Shown: piece after piece, positions 22,061 to 33,068 of the stretch
Position numbering within the stretch: the stretch's first letter is position 1
Layout of the letters: every line of letters begins with the position of its first letter
IMG/VR virus record: IMGVR_UViG_3300020160_000328
Location: 1-64,000 of that record
Direction: 5' to 3' (one strand)
Origin: a virus
DNA: 64,000 bases
Position numbers and translations under genes: made by a program
Notes under the pieces: model-generated
Told to the model about the DNA's origin: nothing
Database searches by the model: none
The model's input: only the letters and a program-made list of their open reading frames with translations

Positions 22061-25000
22061 TTAACTAAAAGATTGTTGTTCATTTTCAGTTGAATAATTA
22101 GTAATTAGTTTGATATTACTTGAAGTTGCAAATTTATCAAATATTAATCTAACCACCAAATATTTATCTCTAAAACTTTCTAACTGTGTCCAATCTTTAT
22201 TTACATTAAGAGAAGATGTGTTAAGAATCTTATCTATAAAATATTCAGATTGAACTGAACTAAGTTTGGAGTTCCATATAGGTAAGTTATAATTAGTTCT
22301 AATATCTCTTAAATCATTTATGTTCCAATCTCTTTCTCTTCTTTCTATAACAATGTCATTATTATTCTCATTTATAGTTTGATTACTAAACCAATCTTGT
22401 TGATTATAATCTGTATCCTTAACTTTTAAATTTAATTCTCCAGAGCATTGTCTAGAGTTATAAAATATAGCTTTATTAAATGTTGTAAATCTATCTTCTA
22501 CGTATTGCTCATAATCTGAATTATATACTTTAGCTTCTGTTACAAGTTTTAAATGATTCCATATTCTAGTAATAAGAGGTGTTGATAAAGAAACATATTC
22601 AATTATATGTGGTTTATAAACTCCATAGTAAGTTTGATAATTAGCAAGTCTATTATGTTTCCATATATTATTATCTCCATATCTCCAAGAATAAAACTTC
22701 TCAGGTACATTAATATAGAAGTTAGGTAAGTAAGAATGCCATGAAGTCCATGTTCCTTGTTTTAATGAGTAACTCATAGTCCAAGAATTATTTAATTCTA
22801 TAGGATCTTCAACTACTGTACCATCTATATATTGGTATTCTGTTTCTACATAAGTTACATCTGTTTCTACTTCTTCTATTATTGTTTGTGTGAATCCAGC
22901 TAATAAAGCTGTAATATCATCTTGAAATTGTTGTGATGTTAATACTGTATTAGAACCATCCCAATATCTATTAGGAATAATTCTCCATCCATAATCTCTT
23001 AAAGGTGTACCTAAAGTAGAATATGGGTTGCTTCCTTGTAAGGCTGCTAACATTGTACCCCACTCTCCACTAGTAAAACCTGGGTTAACAGGAATTGCAG
23101 CAGCTTCAATTGCAGTAAATATAGCACCTTGAATACCAGCTAAACAATGCTCAACATAACATTTAGACATTGAAGAGTATCCTCCTGAAGAGAATGCTAT
23201 AGGATAATTAACACCTATGAAAGAGTTTAACTTAGTTGTACTAGGAGTACTAGTTGTATTAATTCTAGATACAAAGGTATTGTAATCTGTTTGGAATGTT
23301 CCAGTGAATCCATTAATAGGATTTTCTAAACCTCCTCCATGATACCCTGGAGTAGATTCATTAACAAATGTAACTAAGATTACATCTTTAGTAGATAAAT
23401 CTACTCCACTATATGTAGTACCAATTGCTACTTCTAAAAAGTTAACCCATCTTTCTCTACTATTATTATATTCATATAAATTACCTGTCCAAGAAGTATT
23501 AGTAGCTGCAAAATTAGCAACCCAATCTGCTACAGCATTTCTAATATCTTGTAAACCTTGTCCATCAAATGAACCTGATGTATCATAGAATACATGTATA
23601 TCAGCTTTATTTGAAACATTAACTACTGTTGTAATCTCTCTTATTTCAGTTCTTGTTTTTAATACATCTCTACTAAACTTCATTCTACAATTCTCTAAAC
23701 CTAAGTAATTCCATCCAGCAGCTTCTTCAGTACTTATGATTGTATTATAATTAGGAAACAATATTACTTGTCCATTATTAATACATATCTCGTAGTCTGG
23801 AGTATCTACTACATCAGGTGAAAATAAGAAATCCTTTTTAGTAAATAGTATTCTTTCTTTCTTAGTATCATATGTTGATATAAATCCTGAACCAAATAAG
23901 TTAGAAGGATTATCATTGTATGTGTATATATTACCTGTAGTGTTATAGTACTGTTGGTTAATAGCTAGTCTTATATGTTCTTTAAACCAATTAGATAGAC
24001 CTATATTTGAAATAGGTTTTAATTGTTTACCATCAAATTGATATATCCTTCTTTGATTTTCAGATACAAAGAAGTAACCATTAGGTGTTTTTATACTAGA
24101 CCATTTATGTTGTGTACCAGCACTTGAACCATTATCATCATCAATTATTTTTTGAGGAGGAATTTCAAAGAAAGAACCTGTACCAATAAAAGATACAATT
24201 TGATCTGTAACTCTTTCTTGATAACTTCTAGGCATTTGCCATAACCCTTCTAATGTATGTATAAATAAATCATTGTTTATTTTAAATATATTTTTTATTT
24301 CTCCAGTCTCTCCTTCTATATCTCTATAGTTATTAGGTAAGAAAGTTCTATAATTATCTGTTAGTTCTTCTTGAAAAGATTGTTCTGAGTAATGTACTCT
24401 ATGTGGAAAATCTTCTTGACAATCTGTACAACAATCATACTCTAAAGGTAAGTGATAGAATGGTTTTTCCTTATCTGTTCTGTGATAATCAGGATTTACA
24501 TTGTAGTATTCTCCTGTAGGTAATCCCATGTATTCATAACCTTCATATCTATCTTGATTGTTTACTAATAATTTTTTATGTAAATGTTGTTCTAACTTAG
24601 ATACAGGATATCTTGTGTAAGACATTACCCATCTAGCTCCACCTTTTTTTCTAAAGTATTCTCTACATACCATTTGAGAAGTATTACCTGATTCTATAAA
24701 ACCAGGTGCATTCAAATGAGTAGCTAAATTAGAAGTAAAACCATTTCTTAAAGATATATTTACAGAAGTTTCAAACCATAAATCTGTGATACAATCACCT
24801 ATCCATTGTACTGTATCATCTGAAGGACCATCTACACCATCATTCCATTCTGATGTATAAACAGGTATACCAAAAGAGTTATCTAAATTAGTATTATAGT
24901 TAGGATATTGATAAAAATATCTAACCCACTTATCTAATGCTGTTTCTCTTAAACCTTTAGCATATTCTTCTGAGTAAGCTTTTCTATATGCAGCTTCTTT

Positions 25001-28000
25001 AACAGCAGCAGAAGCAAATAATGCAGCTCCTCCAGCAGCTATTAAAGCAGCACCTGTACCAATTAATGCAGCAGATGCAGCTACTCCTGTTCCCCAAGAG
25101 AATATAGCAATAACAACAGCAGCTACAAATAGTACAGCAGCTAATACTATATTCCAAGCATTAGTTCTACCTGCTCTTTTAGCAACTCTTGTATCCCAAA
25201 AGACAGTATTAACATATCTCATAGGATGTACCATACTATCTCCACCAAATACTTCTACATTACTTGTAGTATTACTACCAAATAATTCAATATTAGTATG
25301 AACTTTATAATAAGTAGATTGTCTAAAAGTAGAATAGTTATCTAGTATATTTCTTTTGTATACTACATAAGGTAAATTATACTGACTTACATTGGTATGT
25401 AAAGCAGTCTCTAAGTTATCTAATTTTAATATACCTATTCTGTTATCAGCAGCTATATTATAAACATCCCAAAATCTTTTACCTAAATATTCATTTCCAG
25501 TTGCATACTCTAATGTCTCACTTGCTAAAGCATCTAAGTAAAATTGTTTTTCTACTTGACTTTTAGTTATAGTAAATCCATTATTAACAGTTTTATAATC
25601 TGTTATAAAATCTCTAGATAATATATCTATAGAGAATCCATCTTTAACACCATGTTGTGCTTCATTTCCATAACCATCTGAACCATCATCATTACCATCT
25701 TTATGTGCATCACTATCATAAGAAGAACCATTAGAAACATCATTCTGAGTTATCTTACCATATAATATTTTATCTTTATCAAAATTACCTTCTTGTATGA
25801 TTTCATCAAAATTAAAAATCTTGTTATCTCTAAACTTATGCTCAGGATGTATCACAGCCCAAGTAGTTTTTTCTTGTGTAGCATTTCCAATACTAAAATC
25901 TGGTGATAATAATCCTGTTGCTATGTATTTATTATTTCTTAAAGTAGGAACTAAAACAGCACTATCTAATATAGTCTTTTCAGTATCAACTCTTTCATTT
26001 CTTACTATATAATAACCTATAATTTTTTCTCCATTAGTTTCTGATAATGGAGGTAAATCTATACCTGTAAATTTAATACCTAATATATCTGTTTCAAATT
26101 GTTTTGAATCTAGTGTCTGTACATAAGTACCTACTATAATACCAGGCTCAACTGTACCAGTTAAAGTATTAATAAAAGATGTTCCTGCTCCTGCTGGAAA
26201 AGTATTAATAGGTGTACTAGGTACTGTAGGTTGATTAGAAGGTTCAAAATAAAAATTACTACTATTAGTTGTAGAGTAATCATTATATGTGCTCATGTAA
26301 TAACCAAATTCTAAATATTGACTATCTATTAAGTTAGGTGTAGGTAATAATAACTCTGCATCTATTATTTCTTGTGGTACAATAATTGTAATTCTTGTTA
26401 CTTGAAATATACTTCCTTGGTCATAAGCTGGGCTGGAACCATACAATTTAACTAATACATGTGTATCTACACCTGTTTGAAAAAAAGATGGATTGACATT
26501 TAAAACAACTTCTCCTGTTGCAGCTCCATTTACAGTATATAATACTTTAACATGGAAAGGATTCTTAATTATAGGTGGTATACTAGGTGTTACAGAAGTA
26601 TCTTCAGGCATAGGTAATAGTATATCTAATTCTAAGCTTACTTGTAAAGATACAGTTTCAACTGTAGTACTATTTGAAGCTCCAGCATTTCTAACTAAAT
26701 CTAAACCTATATCTTTTCTCATAGGAAATCTATGATGTCTTACAGGTTGATTTAATAAAACATTACCTTCTGAATCTAATCCCCAATAACCATATCCACT
26801 ATTTTGACAAGTCTCATTATCTACATAAGTAGATTGACTTGAGTTACTTATAGACATAGGATAAACATCATCACCTGGAGCAAATACTGTTGTATCAGTT
26901 AAGGTATTACTTTTACCTGGTATGTGATATACTGGTGTAGTTGAACCATCCTCAAATACATATACTATACCAAAAGAATATACTTCTCCTGGCATATAAC
27001 CTAATCCTTCAAAATTAGCTGTAGGATTTTTAGGATTAGCATCTAAGTTAGTAGAACTTATAGGATGAACATTTGTTAAATCAACTTGTTTAGTTATACA
27101 ATCTGCTTTAATTCTAGAAGCAAATTTTTGTAAATTACAAAAGTTAACTTGTTTACCTTGTGTGTTACCTAATATTAATCTATTTTCTATTTGTTCTATA
27201 CTTTGAACTCTTTCTATTTTTTCTGAAAAGAATACTAAATCTTCTTTTGTACCTTCTTCTACAACATTTACTCCTGTATATATAAAGTAATTCTTTGATG
27301 TAGGTATTACATCAGAGTACTTAACATTAGTTATTATACCTGAACCTGATACTGCTTCAATAAAAGCTAATCTATAGTATATAAAAGAATCATCTAATGA
27401 AGTATTCTTAAATTCTATATATATAGATTTAGAAGTTTCAGGAAAGTTAAGGTATGAAAACTCTGCATTAGGAGGTAAAGAACCTCTAATGTCTCTGTAC
27501 ACATCTTCTAAAGAAGAATTATATATGTTTATAGTAGGTGAAGTAGTAATCCATTCTGTAGCATTTAAACCTTCATCTACATATTGTATAGCTATATTAT
27601 AACTACCAGGTTTTAATTGTCCTCCAGACTCTAATACTTCTACTTTCTCAAACTCAGGTATTCTACTATAACCTTTAAATAAGTTAAATTTTCTACTAGA
27701 CCATTGTCCAGCTTCTTTAAAATTCTCTGGTTTATCTAAGTTAAAGTATCTAGGTTTGTTGTAATCATCTGTAAAGTATATAGTTCTCTCACAACCTCTT
27801 CTTAATCTGTAAGTAGCTTGTATTTGGTGTGTAACTTTAAAGTTTAGTTTATTATCAGCACTTGAAGTAGCATCATTTACTACTTCAATATATTCACAGT
27901 TATCATTTATAATACCTATTTCTGAAGTTGTTTCATCTTCAGATACAGAGAATACTATAACTTCATTACTATTAATATACACTTTACCTATAGGCACAAA

Positions 28001-28180
28001 TGATGGTTTTAACTGTGCACATAATTCATTACTTTCCTCATTACTTAAAAATGCAAAATCTCCTAACTCAGTTTCATTAACTGAGTTAAGAGCAAATCTA
28101 TATGTTTTTTTAGGTTGATTTATTAATGAATTATCTTGATGTAAACCACCACCTAATTCTGTTATATTATCTTTATCCAT
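22061..28180 (-). CDS. Tail stabilisation/muzzle-like protein with an inserted vWA domain and a hydrophobic segment
   Basis: 2039 aa; N-terminal GGGLHQDNS..QPKKTYRFALN, IYFTDDYNKPRYFNLD, C-terminal WTSWHSYLP and FRDKYLVVRL resemble crAss-like stabilisation proteins; VFYDTSGS is MIDAS-like. Confidence 0.75.
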   Translation of the reverse strand: MDKDNITELGGGLHQDNSLINQPKKTYRFALNSVNETELGDFAFLSNEESNELCAQLKPSFVPIGKVYINSNEVIVFSVSEDETTSEIGIINDNCEYIEVVNDATSSADNKLNFKVTHQIQATYRLRRGCERTIYFTDDYNKPRYFNLDKPENFKEAGQWSSRKFNLFKGYSRIPEFEKVEVLESGGQLKPGSYNIAIQYVDEGLNATEWITTSPTINIYNSSLEDVYRDIRGSLPPNAEFSYLNFPETSKSIYIEFKNTSLDDSFIYYRLAFIEAVSGSGIITNVKYSDVIPTSKNYFIYTGVNVVEEGTKEDLVFFSEKIERVQSIEQIENRLILGNTQGKQVNFCNLQKFASRIKADCITKQVDLTNVHPISSTNLDANPKNPTANFEGLGYMPGEVYSFGIVYVFEDGSTTPVYHIPGKSNTLTDTTVFAPGDDVYPMSISNSSQSTYVDNETCQNSGYGYWGLDSEGNVLLNQPVRHHRFPMRKDIGLDLVRNAGASNSTTVETVSLQVSLELDILLPMPEDTSVTPSIPPIIKNPFHVKVLYTVNGAATGEVVLNVNPSFFQTGVDTHVLVKLYGSSPAYDQGSIFQVTRITIIVPQEIIDAELLLPTPNLIDSQYLEFGYYMSTYNDYSTTNSSNFYFEPSNQPTVPSTPINTFPAGAGTSFINTLTGTVEPGIIVGTYVQTLDSKQFETDILGIKFTGIDLPPLSETNGEKIIGYYIVRNERVDTEKTILDSAVLVPTLRNNKYIATGLLSPDFSIGNATQEKTTWAVIHPEHKFRDNKIFNFDEIIQEGNFDKDKILYGKITQNDVSNGSSYDSDAHKDGNDDGSDGYGNEAQHGVKDGFSIDILSRDFITDYKTVNNGFTITKSQVEKQFYLDALASETLEYATGNEYLGKRFWDVYNIAADNRIGILKLDNLETALHTNVSQYNLPYVVYKRNILDNYSTFRQSTYYKVHTNIELFGSNTTSNVEVFGGDSMVHPMRYVNTVFWDTRVAKRAGRTNAWNIVLAAVLFVAAVVIAIFSWGTGVAASAALIGTGAALIAAGGAALFASAAVKEAAYRKAYSEEYAKGLRETALDKWVRYFYQYPNYNTNLDNSFGIPVYTSEWNDGVDGPSDDTVQWIGDCITDLWFETSVNISLRNGFTSNLATHLNAPGFIESGNTSQMVCREYFRKKGGARWVMSYTRYPVSKLEQHLHKKLLVNNQDRYEGYEYMGLPTGEYYNVNPDYHRTDKEKPFYHLPLEYDCCTDCQEDFPHRVHYSEQSFQEELTDNYRTFLPNNYRDIEGETGEIKNIFKINNDLFIHTLEGLWQMPRSYQERVTDQIVSFIGTGSFFEIPPQKIIDDDNGSSAGTQHKWSSIKTPNGYFFVSENQRRIYQFDGKQLKPISNIGLSNWFKEHIRLAINQQYYNTTGNIYTYNDNPSNLFGSGFISTYDTKKERILFTKKDFLFSPDVVDTPDYEICINNGQVILFPNYNTIISTEEAAGWNYLGLENCRMKFSRDVLKTRTEIREITTVVNVSNKADIHVFYDTSGSFDGQGLQDIRNAVADWVANFAATNTSWTGNLYEYNNSRERWVNFLEVAIGTTYSGVDLSTKDVILVTFVNESTPGYHGGGLENPINGFTGTFQTDYNTFVSRINTTSTPSTTKLNSFIGVNYPIAFSSGGYSSMSKCYVEHCLAGIQGAIFTAIEAAAIPVNPGFTSGEWGTMLAALQGSNPYSTLGTPLRDYGWRIIPNRYWDGSNTVLTSQQFQDDITALLAGFTQTIIEEVETDVTYVETEYQYIDGTVVEDPIELNNSWTMSYSLKQGTWTSWHSYLPNFYINVPEKFYSWRYGDNNIWKHNRLANYQTYYGVYKPHIIEYVSLSTPLITRIWNHLKLVTEAKVYNSDYEQYVEDRFTTFNKAIFYNSRQCSGELNLKVKDTDYNQQDWFSNQTINENNNDIVIERRERDWNINDLRDIRTNYNLPIWNSKLSSVQSEYFIDKILNTSSLNVNKDWTQLESFRDKYLVVRLIFDKFATSSNIKLITNYSTENEQQSFS

Positions 28181-28757
28181 AATAAAATTTAATTGTTTTA
28201 TTTATATTACTTGTTCTTCCTGATAATCTATGTGTAATTAAACTTCTAGATATATTTAAAATTCTACTTGCTTCAATAGCAGATTCATATATAATAATTT
28301 TATTTTCAATTATTACTTTAATAGGTTTACAAACAGATTTTCCATTTGTTGCTCCATTTTTAGAACCTAAATTTTTAATATGTATTAATTGAGATTCATC
28401 TAATTTTCTTTCTTTTAAAGCTTTACTTATTTTTAATCTTGTAGATTTTTTAACCTCATTTCTCTTATTATAAACTACATCTTTACAACTATTATATAAG
28501 TTAGTTTTTATATCAATATAATGTTGTTCTCTTGTAAATCTTTCTTCTTCCTTACAAATTTCTAATATATTAAATTCAAAACAACTATCTCCATAAGCAT
28601 TATAAGCTCTTTGTAAATGTTTATTATAATGCTTATTATTTTTAAGATTTCTTTTATGTTCTTTAATTCTTTTATCTAAATTTTTAGAAGAACCTATGTA
28701 AGATTTTTTACTATAATTATTGTATATCTCATATACACCTGCTTTTTTTTCTATCAT
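28173..28757 (-). CDS. GIY-YIG homing endonuclease with a NUMOD-type C-terminus
   Basis: GVYEIYN...YIGSS..L.KR..EH, N.HLQRAYN.YG, REQHYI; C-terminal YESAIEASRILNI. Confidence 0.9.
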   Translation of the reverse strand: MIEKKAGVYEIYNNYSKKSYIGSSKNLDKRIKEHKRNLKNNKHYNKHLQRAYNAYGDSCFEFNILEICKEEERFTREQHYIDIKTNLYNSCKDVVYNKRNEVKKSTRLKISKALKERKLDESQLIHIKNLGSKNGATNGKSVCKPIKVIIENKIIIYESAIEASRILNISRSLITHRLSGRTSNINKTIKFYYG

Positions 28758-29746
28758 TATATTCCTCTAAATGTAAAATTACTTCTATTAGGATCTTTAA
28801 AGTTAGTATTCTCTGGTCTTCCCATCTTACCAAAGAAACCATAATATCTATTTTGTTTTGGTATTAGTTGATGTCTCATGTCTTTAAAGTTTTCATGTTG
28901 ATCTATACCATATAACATCATTTGTTTATTACCTGCTTGTTTACAATACCATTGCCAATCTTGTTCTGCTTTTTGAAACTTATCTCCATAACCTTCTCTA
29001 CCCATGTACCATAATCTACCCATATACTTCATAGTAATGTACATTGTAATAGCTGTAATAATACTATATTCATCAGGTATCATAGGATAACCTGTTTCTA
29101 CATCTATCATTTGTCTGTAGTAAGATATTGCTACAGAACCTTCTTTAAAAGAAGTTCTTATTTTATCTTGTACTATTGTATATTCATCTATACAACTATG
29201 ATATAATTCTTTATCTTCATTACAAACTATACTATTAAAAAATGTATGATTAGCTAATCTTACTGGTGTAAAATGGTTTCTATACATTTTAGAGTTGGTC
29301 CAACCATAGTATTCATATTGTAAATCAAAGTAAGGTCTATAATAAGCTATCTCAGTATCACCAAGTAATGAACCTTTACAATCTAAAGCTACACCTTCTG
29401 TAGCTAAAGAACTTCCACATCCACAATCAGGTTGTACTACTTCATCTTTTGTACAATCTAACTTAATATTAGCAGCAGTTAAATTACATTCTTTATTTTC
29501 TTTTATCCAACTATTATCCCTTGCTATTTGTATAATAGCATGTAATCCATTAGGTAAGTTAGCTTGATGATTTTCTATTTCTACAAAAGCAACAGCTTCT
29601 TCATATAATGTAATAGCTCCTATAGCTTCAAGAGATTCACCTGTCCATTCTACTACATCAGTTTCTGATATTTCTTCTAGACCTAAATCTCTATATATTT
29701 TAGATAGTACTCTATCTAAAGTTGTATACTGTAATTTTCTTCCCAT
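28757..29746 (-). CDS. Tail ring/tubular protein
   Basis: 329 aa; YTTLDRVLSKIYRDL and GYPMIPD motifs; position in the crAss tail module. Confidence 0.6.
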   Translation of the reverse strand: MGRKLQYTTLDRVLSKIYRDLGLEEISETDVVEWTGESLEAIGAITLYEEAVAFVEIENHQANLPNGLHAIIQIARDNSWIKENKECNLTAANIKLDCTKDEVVQPDCGCGSSLATEGVALDCKGSLLGDTEIAYYRPYFDLQYEYYGWTNSKMYRNHFTPVRLANHTFFNSIVCNEDKELYHSCIDEYTIVQDKIRTSFKEGSVAISYYRQMIDVETGYPMIPDEYSIITAITMYITMKYMGRLWYMGREGYGDKFQKAEQDWQWYCKQAGNKQMMLYGIDQHENFKDMRHQLIPKQNRYYGFFGKMGRPENTNFKDPNRSNFTFRGI

Positions 29747-30207
29747 TATTTTATAAGGTATTCTTTACCTTGTTTTATTTTGTTAGACAAATCTCTTTTG
29801 TTAGTTCTAGTTAATCTTAAACTATATAATGTCTTATTAGCCACTAGAACTCTATTTGTACTCCAATGAAACTTATATCTTATACCATTAGAATCTTCAT
29901 TGAAATGATATACTAATTGTTTTCTATCTTTAGCTTCAGGATCTTGTTTCCAAAGTTCTTTAGTTTTAACCCAATCAGGAGCTAATCCTTTTATAACTCC
30001 ATCTTCAATTCTAACCTTAACCTTTTTACCTATTACTTGTAATTTACCTAATTTCTCAGGTATGTTTATTTCTCCTTTATCAAATAATCTTTGTATTAGA
30101 AACTTCAAATAACCTTTTACAATTAACATGTATGTTTTAATATCAACAGGATCTTCAGATATATTAGAGTAAACACTATAACTACTTCTAATATTTAAGT
30201 GTTTCAT
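29746..30207 (-). CDS. IHF/HU-like DNA-binding protein (crAss type)
   Basis: GEINIPEKLGKLQV...PDWVKTKELW...YHFNE; sits between ring-protein genes. Confidence 0.65.
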   Translation of the reverse strand: MKHLNIRSSYSVYSNISEDPVDIKTYMLIVKGYLKFLIQRLFDKGEINIPEKLGKLQVIGKKVKVRIEDGVIKGLAPDWVKTKELWKQDPEAKDRKQLVYHFNEDSNGIRYKFHWSTNRVLVANKTLYSLRLTRTNKRDLSNKIKQGKEYLIK

Positions 30208-30209
30208 AT

Positions 30210-30914
30210 TTATTTACTTTGTTGTTTGATACTATCTGTACTGTTATTAGTAAGATCTTCTATGTTTTGTCCAAATAATATAATTAATTCTTGTATAGTA
30301 AGTTCTATTAATGTATCTATCATATCAACATCTATATCAAAATCCATATCCATGTAGTCTACACAATCTATACAGTCTACACAATCTTCATTACAGTAGT
30401 TTTTAAATTGTTTTACTAAAATAGGGTCTTCAAAAATACCTGTTAGAGTAACTACTTTTAGTTTAGCTGGAGTACTTATATATAAGTATTCATTGTATAT
30501 AAAATAATTATACTTCTTTGATGTATATTTATTACCTTTTTGATAAATCATAGAGTTAAAATTTATACTATCTATCTTAATAGACTTATCTATAGTAGTT
30601 ACAGATTGTATAATATCTCCATTAAATCCTGCTAATGGTGTAGGTATCTTATATTTACTTCTAAGTATATCACATCCAATAGGAGGAATACAAGGACAAT
30701 CATGAGTAGGTACTTTAATAAGTTCAATACAAGGTATAGTCTGATAGTTCCAAGGAGATATTTTTTGTTTCTTCTTAGCTTCTTGAGATATTAATTTAGA
30801 TCTTACAGTAAGTAGTTTATTATAAATATGTCTACTCATTAGTCTAGTATCATCTGATTGTACTCCTTTAGAGTATAGAGATTGTACTCTTTGTATTATT
30901 TCATCTACTTTCAT
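30210..30914 (-). CDS. Tail ring/structural protein
   Basis: 234 aa; YQTIPCIELIKV, LRSKYKIP and GIFEDP motifs typical of crAss ring proteins. Confidence 0.6.
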   Translation of the reverse strand: MKVDEIIQRVQSLYSKGVQSDDTRLMSRHIYNKLLTVRSKLISQEAKKKQKISPWNYQTIPCIELIKVPTHDCPCIPPIGCDILRSKYKIPTPLAGFNGDIIQSVTTIDKSIKIDSINFNSMIYQKGNKYTSKKYNYFIYNEYLYISTPAKLKVVTLTGIFEDPILVKQFKNYCNEDCVDCIDCVDYMDMDFDIDVDMIDTLIELTIQELIILFGQNIEDLTNNSTDSIKQQSK

Positions 30915-31666
30915 CCTTTTAACTCATTTAATAGTAATTGTGTATAATCTTGTGTCTTAAACACTTCATAATTTCCATCTGGTTTCAACCAAACTATTCT
31001 CCTAGATTCCACTTCAAACCCAACTTGTTCAAATAGTAATTGATATAAAGATAGTTGAAGTTGGTATTTGTTATAAGAGCTATCAAGCAAATCACTAAAT
31101 GGATGCAATAGTTTCTTACCTTTATAATTTTTGAATAAGTCTTCATTTGTTTTATAGTCTGCAATTATAAATTTTCCTGTTTTTGTATTGTACAATATTA
31201 TATCTGCTGTACCTGCTATACCTAATGTCTCAGAATACATTTGCAGCTCAAATAAGAAAGGTTCTATATAATCTGGTATACTATCCCAAAACTTAACAAT
31301 TGCTTGTTCAAATCCATTCTTAGGGTTATTTCCTTTCTGATAAGTTTCTCCAAAATAATGTACATCTGTTCCTCTATCACAAGCTACATTTTTCTTATTT
31401 TCCCATTCTGCTAGTACTTCTTCTTTACTAACATATCTTCCTTCTTCTCTAGTTCTTTTCTTAGCTACAAAACCTGCTATTTTATCTGCATCAAAAGGTT
31501 CTGAAAATCTTTTTAAAGTAACAGATACAGAAGTTAAATTGTTTTTATTAACTCTATACTTATGCTGTTCTGCATTAAACTCCAATGCAGAGAAGTAATC
31601 TAGGACTACTCTCTGCATGTTTTGTTGGTGTTGTAGAGGTTTCATTTTATCTACTATACTCTCCAT
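30911..31666 (-). CDS. PD-(D/E)xK exonuclease
   Basis: RGTDVH, E...GIAGTADII, IADYKT, YQLQLSLY. Confidence 0.85.
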   Translation of the reverse strand: MESIVDKMKPLQHQQNMQRVVLDYFSALEFNAEQHKYRVNKNNLTSVSVTLKRFSEPFDADKIAGFVAKKRTREEGRYVSKEEVLAEWENKKNVACDRGTDVHYFGETYQKGNNPKNGFEQAIVKFWDSIPDYIEPFLFELQMYSETLGIAGTADIILYNTKTGKFIIADYKTNEDLFKNYKGKKLLHPFSDLLDSSYNKYQLQLSLYQLLFEQVGFEVESRRIVWLKPDGNYEVFKTQDYTQLLLNELKG

Positions 31667-32622
31667 TATAATTTTAGGTATTGAGAATTACTTATTTTAA
31701 ATAAATGATTATCATTTTTACATTTCATTACTCTTTGTATAGTTCCTACAGGAGTAACAGTAGTCTTAAATAATTCTAAATCAGAACCTCCACATATAGG
31801 ACAACTAGTTTTTTCTTTACCATCTAATACACCTAAATGAACAGGATGTTTTAAATACTTTTTCAATTTTAAATATAGTTGTTCTGTAGTTAATATATCT
31901 TGTATATTATACTTAATTAAAAGTTTCATAGCTTCTTTAGACTCTTTTTTAGTTCCATAAACTAAATCTTCCCAAATATCCTCTAAATGAACTTTCATTT
32001 TTTGAATAGGCATTTCAAAGTATCTACCTAAATATTTCATAGAATAAGAAGGTAATCTAAATAATCTTCTACATTCTTTTTGAACATCTAAAGACTTAAC
32101 ATGTAAATTAACATCTAAGTCATACTTTGCTGCTCTTGTATTAATAAATTTATTATCAAATCTATCATTATTAATACCAATAACCATGTCAGCTTCATTA
32201 TAAGATTTTAAGAACTCTATCATTAGTTCTCTATCAGATCTGTTTTTATCCCATTTAACAGCATAAACTTCATCTGCACCTAACCACTTATAAGAAATAG
32301 TAACAATTTTAGAATCATCTAAAGCACTATTACCATTAACAAATTGTTTTCCACTCCACCATAACTCAAAAGGTGTTTTAGATGTTTCAATGTCATAGAT
32401 AAGTACTTTTGATTGTTTATCCTCATTAATAGGATTTGTCAATTTTTTGTATTTTCTCCAAACATCATTAGAAGCTTTTCTTCTTTGATCTGTAGAAGCT
32501 CCTACTTTAATTAAAAAGGTAACAGCTAAATCATACCATGATGATTCTCCCTTACCTACATTTAGAATATGTTGAATCATATTCCACTCATTACTTGCAA
32601 ATTTTTGCTTTAAATTTTTCAT
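31666..32622 (-). CDS. DnaQ/RNase H-like 3'-5' exonuclease with a C-terminal Zn-ribbon
   Basis: IYDIET, N.DRFD, YNIQDI (DEDDy-like); CPICG...C. Confidence 0.8.
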   Translation of the reverse strand: MKNLKQKFASNEWNMIQHILNVGKGESSWYDLAVTFLIKVGASTDQRRKASNDVWRKYKKLTNPINEDKQSKVLIYDIETSKTPFELWWSGKQFVNGNSALDDSKIVTISYKWLGADEVYAVKWDKNRSDRELMIEFLKSYNEADMVIGINNDRFDNKFINTRAAKYDLDVNLHVKSLDVQKECRRLFRLPSYSMKYLGRYFEMPIQKMKVHLEDIWEDLVYGTKKESKEAMKLLIKYNIQDILTTEQLYLKLKKYLKHPVHLGVLDGKEKTSCPICGGSDLELFKTTVTPVGTIQRVMKCKNDNHLFKISNSQYLKL

Positions 32623-32634
32623 ATGTATATAAAT

Positions 32635-32676
32635 AAAAATAGTTTTAACTTAAAGTGCAAAGTTAAAACTATTTTT
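32635..32676 (-). promoter_or_regulatory. Inverted repeat overlapping a -7 promoter element (TAACTTTG, 32658-32665)
   Basis: AAAATAGTTTTAACTT...AAGTTAAAACTATTTT palindrome containing TAnnTTTG, upstream of the exonuclease gene. Confidence 0.5.
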
Positions 32677-32707
32677 TTACATTTTAGCTATATAGCTAAT
32701 TTATTTT

Positions 32708-33064
32708 TTATTTTTTTAGTCTGTACGCATCAAACTCCTTTTTAAGCTTATCATATGAAATTTTTAGTTTCTCATAATTACCTTTTAAAGTGTTATACTT
32801 ACCTTCCTCATCCTCCAATTGGGCTGTCACATCTATCAGCTTTTTTTTTAAATCCATTACTTCTTTTCTAAGACTGTCATATTGTTCTAAAGCATTAGCT
32901 GTAAACTTATCATAACCTTCTTGCATCTTAGTAAGAGCATCAGCACCTAATTGTTTTTCTTCTATTTTTCTTTTTTTCTTCTCTAATATAAGAGCTATAA
33001 ATGATCCACTACCAAATAAAGTAGTTAAAATCAATCCTATGTTCTGTGCTATCCATGCTTCCAT
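32708..33064 (-). CDS. Membrane-anchored coiled-coil protein (holin/lysis-associated candidate)
   Basis: N-terminal TM helix followed by a long coiled coil. Confidence 0.45.
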   Translation of the reverse strand: MEAWIAQNIGLILTTLFGSGSFIALILEKKKRKIEEKQLGADALTKMQEGYDKFTANALEQYDSLRKEVMDLKKKLIDVTAQLEDEEGKYNTLKGNYEKLKISYDKLKKEFDAYRLKK

Positions 33065-33068
33065 TAAG

